Shown here: one piece after another, positions 28,806 to 38,033 of the stretch
Position numbering within the stretch: the first letter of the stretch is position 1
How the letters are laid out: each line of letters starts with the position of its first letter
NCBI GenBank assembly: GCA_051306435.1
Contig: JBPPNF010000040.1
Coordinates: 5,958-69,957 of the forward strand
Origin: Solirubrobacterales bacterium
GTDB lineage: Bacteria; Actinomycetota; Thermoleophilia; Solirubrobacterales; JACPNS01
Length of the DNA stretch: 64,000 nucleotides
Direction: 5' to 3'
The notes under the pieces: generated by a model
Database searches by the model: none
What the model saw: only the letters and a program-made list of their open reading frames with translations
Told to the model about the DNA's origin: nothing
Position numbers and translations under genes: made by a program

Positions 28806-29927
28806 ATGGCCGCCAACTCTTCGCGCAAACGCAACTCGGGCGGATCGACTCCGCTGCCGATCTCCGCGCTGCCCCTTCCGATGGATGAGGCGCCAGCGAC
28901 GGAAGAACCAGCCGCGCCCGCACTCCCGATCAACAGCTCCGGAGAACTCACCCCTGCCCAGCGCGCACGCCTCGGACTGGACATCTACGGCGACGATCCG
29001 GCACCCACGCCGACGCCGATCAACAACGGAAACGGGGATGCCCCGGCCGCGTCCACTGCCGCCCAGCCGACCGAGTTCGGTTTCTCCGAGATCGACCCCT
29101 ACGTCGAGTCCGAAGTTCCGAGCACTCCGGAGCCGCGGCTCGCGCCCGTCAAGTCCGCCCCGGCACTCTCCCCGGTCGCCCCGGCAGCCACCAGCGTGCG
29201 CCAGCGCACGAGCGACGACGACCGCGAAGATCCCGATGGCAATGCGGGTTCGCGGCAACGCCCCACGAGGATATCGATCGACGACCGCGACGGAACCCCG
29301 CAGATCGACCGCGACCGCAAGGTCCTCACCTACGGCGTCTCATGGACCTTCTTCAGCCTCTTCGTGACGGCAGCGATCTCGTTCTCAAACAGCTTCTCCA
29401 ACGCGTCCAGCGGCCTCAACCCGGGCACTCTCGTTCCGGCGATGGTCTCGATCCTGATCGGCTGGGTGATCGTTTTCGTCGCGCGCAACATGGGACCCAA
29501 CTGGGGTTGGCTGATGTTGATCCCGGCGGTCGTGCTTGTGCTCGGTCCCTTCTTCTACACCTCATGGCAGGTCGGTCAGACGGAGGCAGCAGCGCGCGCC
29601 TTCCTCAGCTCCGGAGCCGCCAGTGCCGGGATCGACATCGACCAGAGCACGATCGTCTCGGAGACGATCAACACACCGCAGGGATGCTTCGCCTTCACGA
29701 GGATCCGCGAGAGCGGCGACGTCACGATCGACGTAGTCACGTATGCGCCGACGACTGCCCAGCAGCAGGCCACGATCGCGCTCTCACCGCGCTTCGCCCG
29801 TCGCGTCGATCCGGGCGGCACGCGAGCCAATCAGCGGACCTTCACGCTCGACAACGGGAACCTCCCCGTCGTGGTCGAGGAGCGGATCTCGCCGCCGATC
29901 GACTGCGCCAACGCGAGTAGTCAGTAA
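28806..29927 (+). CDS. hypothetical membrane protein (disordered Pro/Ala-rich N-terminus, 3 TM, C-terminal extracytoplasmic domain)
   Basis: 373 aa. High GC3. TM segments near [33 protein letters not shown] and [17 protein letters not shown]. Confidence 0.55.
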   Translation: MAANSSRKRNSGGSTPLPISALPLPMDEAPATEEPAAPALPINSSGELTPAQRARLGLDIYGDDPAPTPTPINNGNGDAPAASTAAQPTEFGFSEIDPYVESEVPSTPEPRLAPVKSAPALSPVAPAATSVRQRTSDDDREDPDGNAGSRQRPTRISIDDRDGTPQIDRDRKVLTYGVSWTFFSLFVTAAISFSNSFSNASSGLNPGTLVPAMVSILIGWVIVFVARNMGPNWGWLMLIPAVVLVLGPFFYTSWQVGQTEAAARAFLSSGAASAGIDIDQSTIVSETINTPQGCFAFTRIRESGDVTIDVVTYAPTTAQQQATIALSPRFARRVDPGGTRANQRTFTLDNGNLPVVVEERISPPIDCANASSQ

Positions 29928-29935
29928 CGTCGCAC

Positions 29936-29955
29936 GCGGCCGGATTCGGCCGCGA
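29936..29955 (+). terminator. GC-rich hairpin 9 nt after the stop of 28806..29927 (possible terminator, no U-tract)
   Basis: CGCGGCCG-gatt-CGGCCGCG, a perfect 8-bp stem. Confidence 0.35.
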
Positions 29956-30097
29956 AAGCACCCAGACATCGAACATTCGTCCAGTTCGGGCGTAATTTTT
30001 CGTGGGCGAATCGTCCACCGGACTCTGCGCTGTCTGGAATGATTGGCGAACCCTGAAACTTCGTACTTGAAAGCAGGTCCTTTTAAGCTACGCCGCC

Positions 30098-30322
30098 GTG
30101 AGGCTCCCCTCCAACAGCGTTGGCGAGAAGCAGCTCAAGAAGAACGCGGTGACCAGCAAGAAGATCAAGAAGAACGCCGTCACCGGCGCCAAGATCAAGC
30201 CCGGAACGATCAACGGAACCGACATCTCGCTAGGTTCGCTGGGCAAGGTGCCGAGCGCCGCGGCCGCAGACACGGCGGGAACGGCTGAAAATGCTTCGAC
30301 CACCGACCAAACCAACTCGTGA
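30098..30322 (+). CDS. hypothetical protein fragment, homologous to the N-terminal repeat region of 34967..35623 but lacking its signal anchor
   Basis: LPSNSVGEKQLKKNAVTSKKIKKNAVTGAKIK compares with [22 protein letters not shown] in the paralog. The frame is open only from 30071, with a TGA at 30068-30070. Confidence 0.4.
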   Translation: MRLPSNSVGEKQLKKNAVTSKKIKKNAVTGAKIKPGTINGTDISLGSLGKVPSAAAADTAGTAENASTTDQTNS

Positions 30323-30597
30323 CGTTCTCAAAGCGTGTCGCAGCTTCGAGCGCCGCTGCGGACTCGCAGGATGCTGCTCGGGCAGCCGCGCCGGAGGTTC
30401 CGCTGGGCAGCAACGGCCAGGTCTCGGTGTACGGCAAGTGTTACCTCTTCTTGACCCAGGTCTACGTGGAGCTGCTTGAGAAGTCGTCCGCCGACGGCGC
30501 GCTCTCGGCTCTCTACGGCAACGGCTACCTGGACACCTCGACCCCTGAGGGCGACAGGCTGATGAGGGGCGCGTTCGCAGCGAACAACGACTCCTGA
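30319..30597 (+). CDS. hypothetical protein (second piece of fragmented locus)
   Basis: 92 aa with high GC3. The GTG start overlaps the upstream TGA (GTGA). It ends at TGA 30595-30597, which is in frame with the next ORF. Confidence 0.4.
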   Translation: MTFSKRVAASSAAADSQDAARAAAPEVPLGSNGQVSVYGKCYLFLTQVYVELLEKSSADGALSALYGNGYLDTSTPEGDRLMRGAFAANNDS

Positions 30598-30600
30598 TAC

Positions 30601-30777
30601 ATGACCGCGCCCTTCCACGGCCAGGGCACGCTATTCGGACCCGACGGCAATGGGCTCAGCTTTGGCATCGCCTACTGGGTGAAGCAAGGAACGATCCCGT
30701 TCTACGGCAACGGTGCCTACGGTGCCGGCAATGTCTGCATCTTCGCGGGCAGCGCGACAAGGCTCCCTGCCAGCTGA
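30601..30777 (+). CDS. hypothetical protein (third piece; 58 codons, below the ORF-track cutoff)
   Basis: Hand translation: MTAPFHGQGTLFGPDGNGLSFGIAYWVKQGTIPFYGNGAYGAGNVCIFAGSATRLPAS. Same frame as 30319..30597, separated only by TGA-TAC. High GC3. Confidence 0.3.
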   Translation: MTAPFHGQGTLFGPDGNGLSFGIAYWVKQGTIPFYGNGAYGAGNVCIFAGSATRLPAS

Positions 30778-30818
30778 TTCACGGGGCCGGACATGGGGCT
30801 TGATCTAGGATCAGCCCC

Positions 30819-32456
30819 ATGTCCACCACCCCTTCTTCAACTGACAAACACCCGACAATCGCCCCGATCGTCGGCCCAGACGACCCCCGCCGCTTCACCG
30901 ACAGCGGGATCGAACAGAAGATCGTTTATGACGAGAGCGACATCGCAGACATCAATCTGCCCGAGAGCCTCGGCAAGCCCGGCGAGTTCCCGTATACCCG
31001 CGGAGTCCACAGCGAGATGTACCGCTCGCGCTTCTGGACGATGCGCCAGTACGCCGGCTTCGCAACCGCCGCCGAGACCAACGGCCGCTTCAAATACCTG
31101 CTCGAGAACGGCTCGACCGGCCTCTCGATGGCCTTCGACCTGCCGACCCAGCTCGGCCGCGACAGCGACGATCCGCTCTGCGAAGGAGAGGTCGGCCGAA
31201 CCGGCGTCGCGATCGACACAGTCGAGGACATGCGCGCGGTGTTCGACGGCATCCCGCTCGACCAGGTTTCCACTTCGATGACGATCAATGCGCCGGCCTG
31301 CGTGCTGCTGCTGCTCTACGAACTGGTGGCAGAGGAGCAGGGCGTCAGCTCGGACAAGCTCCGCGGCACGGTGCAGAACGACATCCTCAAGGAGTTCATC
31401 GCGCGCGGCAACTTCATCTACCCGGTGCAGCCCTCGATGCGCCTGACGACGGACCTCTTCGCGTACTGCAAGGACAACGTCCCCAGGTGGAACACGATCA
31501 GCATCTCCGGCTACCACATCCGCGAAAAGGGATGCAGCGCCGTCCAGGAAGTCGGCTTCACGCTGGCCAACGGAATCGCATATGTGCAGGCCGCGCTCGA
31601 CGCCGGCCTCGACATCGACGCATTCGGCCCGCGCCTGGCCTTCTTCTTCAACGGCCACAACAACGTCTTCCAGGAAGTCGCCAAGTTCCGCGCCGCCAGG
31701 AAGATCTGGTCGGATGTGATGAAGAATCGCTTCGGCGCCAAGAATGAGAAGAGCTGGATGCTGCGCTTCCACACGCAGACCGGCGGCGTCACGCTGACCG
31801 CACAGCAGCCCGAGAACAACATCGTCCGCGTCGCGCTACAGGCCTTCGCGGCCGCGGCCGGCGGCACGCAGTCGCTGCACACGAACGGATACGACGAGGC
31901 GCTGGCGCTCCCGTCAGAACGCGCCGCCAAGATCGCGCTCCGCACGCAGCAGATCATCGCTGAAGAGAGCGGCGTCACCGACACGGTCGATCCCTTCGCC
32001 GGCAGCTATTTCATCGAGTCCCTGACCGACGAGATCGAGCAGGGCGCCCGAGAACTGATCGCCAAGGTCGACGAGCTCGGCGGATCCGCGGAAGCGCTGG
32101 CCTTCATCAAGAACGAGATCGAAGAGAGCGCCTTCGGTTACTACAGGCGCTACGAGATCGGTCAGGACATCGTCGTCGGCGTGAACAAGTACGTCGACGA
32201 GGACGAGGTCCCGCACGAGGACTTCCTCAAGGTCGACCCGCAGACCGAGGTCGATCAGGTCGCGCGCCTGAAGGCCTTCAAGGCGTCGCGCGACCAGGCC
32301 GACCTGCAGGCCAAGCTCGACGCGATGCTCGAGACTGCGCGCGGCGACGGCAACATCATGCACCCGATGCGCGAAGCCCTGAAGGCCGGCGCCTCGATCG
32401 GCGAGGTCTGCGGCGTGCTGCGCGATGAGTGGGGCGAATACCAAGAGGATTTGTAG
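30819..32456 (+). CDS. methylmalonyl-CoA/acyl-CoA mutase catalytic (TIM-barrel) subunit without B12-binding domain
   Basis: 545 aa. Carries [35 protein letters not shown] and HTQTGG, and ends with WGEYQEDL. No DxHxxG B12-binding module is present. Confidence 0.93.
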   Translation: MSTTPSSTDKHPTIAPIVGPDDPRRFTDSGIEQKIVYDESDIADINLPESLGKPGEFPYTRGVHSEMYRSRFWTMRQYAGFATAAETNGRFKYLLENGSTGLSMAFDLPTQLGRDSDDPLCEGEVGRTGVAIDTVEDMRAVFDGIPLDQVSTSMTINAPACVLLLLYELVAEEQGVSSDKLRGTVQNDILKEFIARGNFIYPVQPSMRLTTDLFAYCKDNVPRWNTISISGYHIREKGCSAVQEVGFTLANGIAYVQAALDAGLDIDAFGPRLAFFFNGHNNVFQEVAKFRAARKIWSDVMKNRFGAKNEKSWMLRFHTQTGGVTLTAQQPENNIVRVALQAFAAAAGGTQSLHTNGYDEALALPSERAAKIALRTQQIIAEESGVTDTVDPFAGSYFIESLTDEIEQGARELIAKVDELGGSAEALAFIKNEIEESAFGYYRRYEIGQDIVVGVNKYVDEDEVPHEDFLKVDPQTEVDQVARLKAFKASRDQADLQAKLDAMLETARGDGNIMHPMREALKAGASIGEVCGVLRDEWGEYQEDL

Positions 32457-32624
32457 GCCTCTGATCGAAAATCATGAGCATGATCACCGCGCTCACGATG
32501 TAGACACTTTCGACGGCGATCAGCGTCGTGCTCTACGCGCTGATGACGCTCGGCCCGATGATGGGCCCTGGATTGCTTGTCATCACCTTCCTGATGGTCG
32601 CCCAGCCCTTCTAGGCTCGGCGGC

Positions 32625-33023
32625 GTGGCTGAACTTCCGGAGAACTACGCGGTTGCCAGTGGCTTTGCCGCAGGCGCATCGTCTGACGTCTGGGCGCGGG
32701 TCAGCGACCTTGAGAACTGGCCGGCGGTCTTCCCCGGCTGGATCGCGTCAATCGTGTTTGACGACGACCGCTTCACGGCGACCGGCCCGTCGCGCGAGAA
32801 GTACGACCTCTACGTCCACTCGGACCCCGATCAGCATTCGCTCGACGTCGAGACCGTGGACGAGCTCGGCAGCGCTGACACGTTGAAGCTGCGCCTGCTC
32901 GACATTCCGGGCGGCTGCCTGGTGGTGGTCGCGCACGGGAAGCTCAACGGCACCTCGCCCGCCGCCTGGGCGGCCAAGCGCGACGCAGTGGCCGAGGGGC
33001 TGTCTGCGCTCTCCTTAGACTGA
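32625..33023 (+). CDS. SRPBCC-superfamily-like small protein, hypothetical
   Basis: 132 aa with a GTG start. SSDVWARVSDLENWPAVFPGWIASI resembles a polyketide-cyclase/START N-terminus. Confidence 0.6.
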   Translation: MAELPENYAVASGFAAGASSDVWARVSDLENWPAVFPGWIASIVFDDDRFTATGPSREKYDLYVHSDPDQHSLDVETVDELGSADTLKLRLLDIPGGCLVVVAHGKLNGTSPAAWAAKRDAVAEGLSALSLD

Positions 33024-33024
33024 T

Positions 33025-33468
33025 TTGATGATCTCCCCGCTCGCCGCGCTGTACGACATCAGCCTCGGCATCCACCAGATCACCGGCCTCGGGCTGATCC
33101 TGCTTGCCGTCGCAATCACCGTCGTCTCGGTGCTCTCGCGCAACGAGACGCCGCTCATCGAATACGGCCTGCGATTCAAGGTCGTGGCCTATCCACTCTT
33201 CACGCTCGTGGTGATCACCGGGATCTACCAACTGATCGAGCTGAACGAGAAGTTCTTCCAGCTCTGGGTGATCGGCGCAACCTTCCTCGGCATCGGTTAC
33301 ATGGGGACCCTCGATGGAACCTGGACCCCGCTCGCGCGCAAGATCCTCTCGGGCGAGATTGCGGGGGAAGAACTCGCGAAGGCCAAGACCCGCGCAATCG
33401 TGCTCGGAGTCGCGCTGCTGCTGATGATCCTCGGTGCCACGGGGATGATGGAGTCGGTGACCGCATAG
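33025..33468 (+). CDS. 4-TM membrane protein, hypothetical
   Basis: 147 aa with four hydrophobic segments. Starts one nucleotide after the preceding stop. Confidence 0.55.
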   Translation: MMISPLAALYDISLGIHQITGLGLILLAVAITVVSVLSRNETPLIEYGLRFKVVAYPLFTLVVITGIYQLIELNEKFFQLWVIGATFLGIGYMGTLDGTWTPLARKILSGEIAGEELAKAKTRAIVLGVALLLMILGATGMMESVTA

Positions 33469-33521
33469 AAACCTCGATTGCGGCGGAAGGGTCGGAACGC
33501 TGATCAGCGAAGTCCTACGCG

Positions 33522-34058
33522 ATGCCCGCTTACGAGATTTCACGCACCCTGGTCAAATCGCAGCCCGAAGTCTGGGCCGAGATCGAGAAGGTCGAGCGCC
33601 TTGCTGAGCTGCTCGGTGACGATGCGATTTCGATCACCCGCTCCGAACCTGAATCGACGATCGAGTGGGCAGGATCGTCTGCCAGCGGGACGATTGAGAT
33701 TGCCGCATCCGGCTGGGGCACGAAGGTCAGTCTGAAGACCGCGGTTGTCGAGCGTGAACCGGAGCCGAAGCCTGAACCGGAAGCCGTCGTGGAACCAGAG
33801 CCGGAGCCGATCGCGGAGATCGAGAGCACTCCCTCCGTCACACTCGGCTTCTGGGCGAAGTTGAAGTTGAAGTTTGCGGGGCCGGCGCCCGAGCCGGTCG
33901 CTGTCGTGGAGTCCGAGCAAGAGCCGGAACCTGAGCCAGAGCCGGTAGCCGAGCCCGAGGCGGTGGTCGAGCCAGAGCCGATCGACTACGAGGCACGGAT
34001 GAGCGCCCTGCTCGACCACCTCGGCTCAGCGCACAAGCGCCCGTTCGTCAACGGCTGA
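33522..34058 (+). CDS. hypothetical protein with SRPBCC-like N-terminus and two Pro/Glu-rich low-complexity tracts
   Basis: 178 aa. The N-terminal ~77 aa are globular. The EPEP tracts flank an amphipathic segment, [10 protein letters not shown]. Confidence 0.55.
   Translation: MPAYEISRTLVKSQPEVWAEIEKVERLAELLGDDAISITRSEPESTIEWAGSSASGTIEIAASGWGTKVSLKTAVVEREPEPKPEPEAVVEPEPEPIAEIESTPSVTLGFWAKLKLKFAGPAPEPVAVVESEQEPEPEPEPVAEPEAVVEPEPIDYEARMSALLDHLGSAHKRPFVNG
33753..33983 (+). repeat. coding low-complexity (Glu-Pro) repeats with an internal duplication ([12 protein letters not shown] / [10 protein letters not shown])
   Basis: Runs of GAGCCG/GAACCG at 33753-33818 and 33882-33983 within CDS 33522..34058. 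Confidence 0.6.
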
Positions 34059-34922
34059 TCAGGCTTTTTCGGTCTCTTCCTCGACGCGCCTGAGCGCATC
34101 GAGGTCACTGTCGATCTGATTGAGGTGCTCACGCACGGAGTTCATCCGCTCGTGGATCGCCATCCGCGCCGCGGCCGAGTCTGAAATCTTGTGCGTCTCG
34201 TCGCGCAGCTCTGCTTCGGCGCGACGGAGTTCTTCGGCGCGCGCCTCCTCCATCGAGTTGAGCACGATTCCGATGAAGAGGTTGAAGACGAGGAAACTCG
34301 CCAGCAACACATACGAGACGTAAAACGGAACAGCCCAGTCGCTGACTTCGCGGCCGGTGGCGATGAACTCCGGCAGGCCCTCCAGCGTCAGCACCTGGAA
34401 CATCGTCAGCATCGCCTCGCCGATGTTGCCGAACTGCTTCGGGTCGCCCTCGTTGAAGATGACCCAGCCGATCATCGCGTAGATGTAGACGAGCATCGCG
34501 GAGGCGAGCGCCAGCGACGAGAGTCCGGGAATCGAGCGGCCGACGGCGTGGACGATCACGCGCAGATCGGGCAGCAGACGGAAGAGTCGCGTGACTCGCA
34601 GGAGCCGCACCATGCGGACCAGCGTCGCGTTCTCACGCAGACCTGGCACAAACCCGACGGCGACGATCACGAAATCAAAATCGTTCCACCCACTCTTGAA
34701 GAACTTCAGCGGGTGCTTGCCGTACGCGGTGATGCGAATCGCCAGCTCAACGACGTAGTAACCGAAGAACGCCTCGTTGAGCAGCGTCAGCAGACCGTTG
34801 TAGTTCTCGTCCAGTGACTCGAACGTCTCGAGGCCGAGGACGACGGCGTTGGCGATGATCACGCCAACCGTCAACCAGTCAAACCACTGGGCTTCGCTCG
34901 TTTTTTTCGCCCAGGCGACCAT
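34059..34922 (-). CDS. voltage-gated ion channel, bacterial NaChBac/NavAb-like (single 6-TM domain)
   Basis: 287 aa. S4 has Arg at every third position (RMVRLLRVTRLFRLL). The pore reads LTMFQVLTLEGLPEF, S6 reads FLVFNLFIGIVLNSMEEA, and the tail is C-terminal coiled-coil-like. Confidence 0.85.
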   Translation of the reverse strand: MVAWAKKTSEAQWFDWLTVGVIIANAVVLGLETFESLDENYNGLLTLLNEAFFGYYVVELAIRITAYGKHPLKFFKSGWNDFDFVIVAVGFVPGLRENATLVRMVRLLRVTRLFRLLPDLRVIVHAVGRSIPGLSSLALASAMLVYIYAMIGWVIFNEGDPKQFGNIGEAMLTMFQVLTLEGLPEFIATGREVSDWAVPFYVSYVLLASFLVFNLFIGIVLNSMEEARAEELRRAEAELRDETHKISDSAAARMAIHERMNSVREHLNQIDSDLDALRRVEEETEKA

Positions 34923-34966
34923 TCAGTCGCCCGATTCTGCCAGAAAGGCAGCGCCGGGTCGTCAGC

Positions 34967-35623
34967 TCAGCCGGGTTCGCCGGAAACCGACTCGAGCTGA
35001 ATCGCGACGATGTTCGCCGCGCCGATCACGAGAGACCCGGGTGCTGAAAACGAGCAGTCGATGTTCAACGTTCGCGCCTGCGTGCTGGCGTCAGGCGGAA
35101 TCTTGAACTCGCCGACGAGCGTCAGCGTGTCCTGAGGAAATGGCGGGGCAGCGCCCACACCTGCGATCCACGTCCCGCGCGTCGTGACCTCGGAACCGAA
35201 ACCACCAAAACCGTCGATCAGTCTGCAGTACAAGCCGCCCGCAGTCGCGTTCTGCGTGTTTGCGTCCACCGTCGCGGTCGCGAAATAGTTACCCGCAGGC
35301 ACCGGCATCGACAGCACGCCAGAGAAGTATGCGGGCAGATTCTTCACCGGCGACTGGAGGGACGTCTGGAAGCCATCGCTCGGACCTCGCGGGCCGGGGG
35401 CTCCGGCGGCGCCAGCGGGAATCTGTCCCGCTTTGAAGTCCTTCTCCAGCAGGCTCCGGTCCTTCACCTTGAAGCTGGTCACCGCGCTCTTCCTCAGTTG
35501 CTTGGCACCGACGGAGTTCTTCGGCAACTTGGTGACGGCGTAGGAGGTCCCGCCGAGCGCAACGAACAGGGCGAGCAGGCTGACGACGTTCGCGAACGTG
35601 AGCTTGGAGCGAAGAGCTGACAT
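34967..35623 (-). CDS. membrane-anchored/secreted hypothetical protein (KNSVGxKQL repeat family)
   Basis: Internal Met of ORF 34967..35809. Signal anchor [18 protein letters not shown], then [22 protein letters not shown]. An alternative start lies at 35656. Confidence 0.6.
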   Translation of the reverse strand: MSALRSKLTFANVVSLLALFVALGGTSYAVTKLPKNSVGAKQLRKSAVTSFKVKDRSLLEKDFKAGQIPAGAAGAPGPRGPSDGFQTSLQSPVKNLPAYFSGVLSMPVPAGNYFATATVDANTQNATAGGLYCRLIDGFGGFGSEVTTRGTWIAGVGAAPPFPQDTLTLVGEFKIPPDASTQARTLNIDCSFSAPGSLVIGAANIVAIQLESVSGEPG

Positions 35624-35671
35624 TGCACCCAGTCTACGCGCCTTGATCGGTCGCATATCATTGCGCCCCCG

Positions 35672-37234
35672 ATGAGACAGAAAGTCCCCGAGACATACGA
35701 AGAGAAGCTCGAACAGCTCGATGAGCTGCGTCAGAGCGCACACCACGACGAGTCCGCGACGGAGAAGCAGCACGCCAAAGGCAAGCTGACCGCACGCGAG
35801 CGCATCCATGCGCTGCTCGACCCCGGTTCATTCCAGGAAGTCGACACCTTCGTCCGCCACCGCACCAACGACTTCTCGATGGAGAAGAACCGTCCGTGGG
35901 GCGACGCCGTCGTCACCGGACACGGCCTGATCGACGGTCGTCCGGTCTGCGTCTTCTCTCAGGACTTCACAGTCTTCGGCGGCTCGCTCGGCGAAGTGAT
36001 GAGCGAGAAGATGTGCAAGGTGATGGATCTCGCCGAGCGCATCGGCTGCCCGGTGATCGGCATCAACGACTCAGGTGGAGCGCGCATCCAGGAAGGCGTC
36101 GTCTCGCTCGGCGCCTACGGCGAAGTTTTCGCCCGCAACGTCAAGAGCAGCGGCGTCGTGCCGCAGATCAGCGTGATCATGGGTCCCTGCGCCGGCGGCG
36201 CGGTCTACTCGCCCGCGATGACCGACTTCATCTTCATGGTCAAAGAGACCAGCCACATGTTCATCACCGGCCCCGACGTGATCAAGACCGTCACCGGCGA
36301 GGAGCCGACCTTCGAAGAGCTCGGCGGTGCGATGACGCACAACACGAAGTCAGGCGTGGCGCACTTCGCCAGCAACTCCGAAGAGGAGTGCCTTGAGGAC
36401 GTTCGTTACCTGATGGGCTTCATGCCGCAGAACAACCTCGAGCTGCCGCCGCGCGTCACTCCGACCGACGACCCAGAGCGCATGGACCTCGCGCTCGACT
36501 CGCTCGTCCCGGACAATCCGAACAAGCCCTACGACATGCGCAAGGTCGTCGAGAAGATCGTCGACGACGAGGACTTCTTCGAGGTCCAGGAGCACTGGGC
36601 CAAGAACATCATCATCGGCTTCGCGCGCCTGGGCGGAATCCCCGTCGGCATCATGGGCAACCAGCCTGCGCAGATGGCCGGCGTTCTGGACATCGACGCC
36701 TCGGCCAAGGGCGCGCGCTTCGTGCGCACCTGCGACGCCTTCAACATCCCGATCATCACGATGACCGACGTTCCCGGCTTCCTGCCCGGCACGGCGCAGG
36801 AGTGGGGCGGCATCATCCGCCACGGCGCCAAGCTGCTCTACGCGATCACCGAGGCCACGGTTCCGAAGATCACCGTGATCACGCGCAAGGCGTACGGCGG
36901 CGCATACGACGTCATGGCCTCCAAGCACCTCGGCACGGATTTCAACTTTGCCTGGCCGACCGCAGAAGTCGCGGTCATGGGTCCCGAAGGCGCGGTCAAC
37001 ATCATCTACCGCAAGGACATCGCCGCGTCGCCGACGCCCGATGAACGCCGCCAGAAGCTGATGGACGACTACAAGGCGCGCTTCGCCAACCCGTACAGCG
37101 CAGCCGAGCGTGGCTACATCGACGACGTGATCGTCCCGCACGAGACGCGCCCCAAGCTGATCAAGGCACTTGAGATGCTGCAGAACAAGCGTGTCGAGCG
37201 GCCCAAGCGCAAGCACGGGAACATTCCTCTCTGA
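35672..37234 (+). CDS. pccB: acyl-CoA carboxylase carboxyltransferase (beta) subunit, propionyl-CoA carboxylase type
   Basis: 520 aa. Carboxyltransferase N- and C-domain motifs ([26 protein letters not shown]). Confidence 0.93.
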   Translation: MRQKVPETYEEKLEQLDELRQSAHHDESATEKQHAKGKLTARERIHALLDPGSFQEVDTFVRHRTNDFSMEKNRPWGDAVVTGHGLIDGRPVCVFSQDFTVFGGSLGEVMSEKMCKVMDLAERIGCPVIGINDSGGARIQEGVVSLGAYGEVFARNVKSSGVVPQISVIMGPCAGGAVYSPAMTDFIFMVKETSHMFITGPDVIKTVTGEEPTFEELGGAMTHNTKSGVAHFASNSEEECLEDVRYLMGFMPQNNLELPPRVTPTDDPERMDLALDSLVPDNPNKPYDMRKVVEKIVDDEDFFEVQEHWAKNIIIGFARLGGIPVGIMGNQPAQMAGVLDIDASAKGARFVRTCDAFNIPIITMTDVPGFLPGTAQEWGGIIRHGAKLLYAITEATVPKITVITRKAYGGAYDVMASKHLGTDFNFAWPTAEVAVMGPEGAVNIIYRKDIAASPTPDERRQKLMDDYKARFANPYSAAERGYIDDVIVPHETRPKLIKALEMLQNKRVERPKRKHGNIPL

Positions 37235-37473
37235 GCCCCGCGCTCGTGGATCCTGAGGCGGCCCAGGCGGAAGCTCCCTTCACCCGCCTGCTCACGAAGA
37301 ACACCTCCACCTCGCAGATCTATCCGCAGGCGCACTTCGGCACCGCCCGATGCCATCTTCACCGCCGCGTGTACAAGCGCGCGGCGGAAAGATTGGACAT
37401 TGAGCGGATCAGCCTCGGCTGGATCTCGGTAGGTTGAAGACTCATCGTCATTGACCCATAAGGAGGAGCCGCC

Positions 37474-37734
37474 ATGACCGAGTTCGCCAACAACTTCGAC
37501 TACGAAGCTGATGACATGATGGACGGCATCCTGGCCGAATCCAGCGACGCGATGAGTCCGACGCTCACTCCGTTCGTCAGCCTGGGCAGCGCAGAAGCTC
37601 CGATCATGGATGGCCCGACCACTCAGCACCAGGCCGAGGCCAAGGATCTCTTCCAGTCGTTCGACGACGGCGTGCCGTCAGTCGACCGCCTCAAGCGTGC
37701 CGGCCTGCATTACGAAGAGGACTTCGAGCTCTAG
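37474..37734 (+). CDS. small acidic hypothetical protein
   Basis: 86 aa. Strong SD (TAAGGAGGAGCCGCC-ATG). No family recognised. Confidence 0.55.
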   Translation: MTEFANNFDYEADDMMDGILAESSDAMSPTLTPFVSLGSAEAPIMDGPTTQHQAEAKDLFQSFDDGVPSVDRLKRAGLHYEEDFEL

Positions 37735-37753
37735 CTCGAAGCAGAGCGGCCCG

Positions 37754-37939
37754 CTACCAGAGCGAGCCGTTGTCGCTCGCGCCGACGCCTTCGTGAAGCG
37801 CGGCGCGCAACCAACCTGACACAACCTCGTCGGCCTCGGCCGGCGGGGCGCTTGTGTCGCTCAAAAACCGTTCAACAGCGGCGATCAGCGCTGCTGCGTC
37901 CTCGGGTGAGGGGTCGGGAGTGAGCGTGTAATCAGGCAT
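37754..37939 (-). CDS. small hypothetical protein, possibly acyl-CoA carboxylase epsilon-subunit-like
   Basis: 61 aa from the internal Met. PSPEDAAALIAAVERFL followed by a Trp-containing tail resembles the epsilon-subunit pattern (TPEELAAL.AVL ... W). Weak evidence, and it lies on the strand opposite pccB. Confidence 0.35.
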   Translation of the reverse strand: MPDYTLTPDPSPEDAAALIAAVERFLSDTSAPPAEADEVVSGWLRAALHEGVGASDNGSLW

Positions 37940-37992
37940 GCGTCCGAGATTATCTGAAGTACTGCACACGGGGCGTGAGATCTCGCTATGAT

Positions 37993-38033
37993 CTAAATAC
38001 CCTAAAACCAGTCAGAGAGGTCGGATTTAGGGT
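37993..38033. promoter_or_regulatory. inverted repeat in the divergent promoter region upstream of the sulfate-assimilation operon (candidate operator)
   Basis: ACCCTAAA (37999-38006) and TTTAGGGT (38026-38033) are perfect 8-bp inverted arms 19 bp apart. CTAAAT (37993-37998) and ATTTAG (38025-38030) are also complementary. The region is locally AT-rich. Confidence 0.35.

Noticed and set aside
30043-30288. ORF 30043..30288 (+) and ORF 32425..32886 (+) from the track.
   Set aside because: Their translations are highly charged low-complexity or Arg-rich sequences. They overlap better-supported frames (the KNSVG-family fragment, and the mutase 3' end plus the SRPBCC gene).
33753-33983. Short tandem GAGCCG/GAACCG repeats, considered as a possible CRISPR or VNTR array.
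   Set aside because: They lie in frame inside a CDS and encode Glu-Pro low-complexity linkers. There is no repeat-spacer periodicity and there are no cas genes.
37246-37437. The 63-aa ORF directly after pccB, considered as the carboxylase epsilon subunit.
   Set aside because: The position fits. But the sequence (…FTRLLTKNTSTSQIYPQAHFGTARCHLHRR…) lacks the epsilon motif, the codon bias decays toward the 3' end, and there is no SD. It was left unannotated and is mentioned only in a finding.
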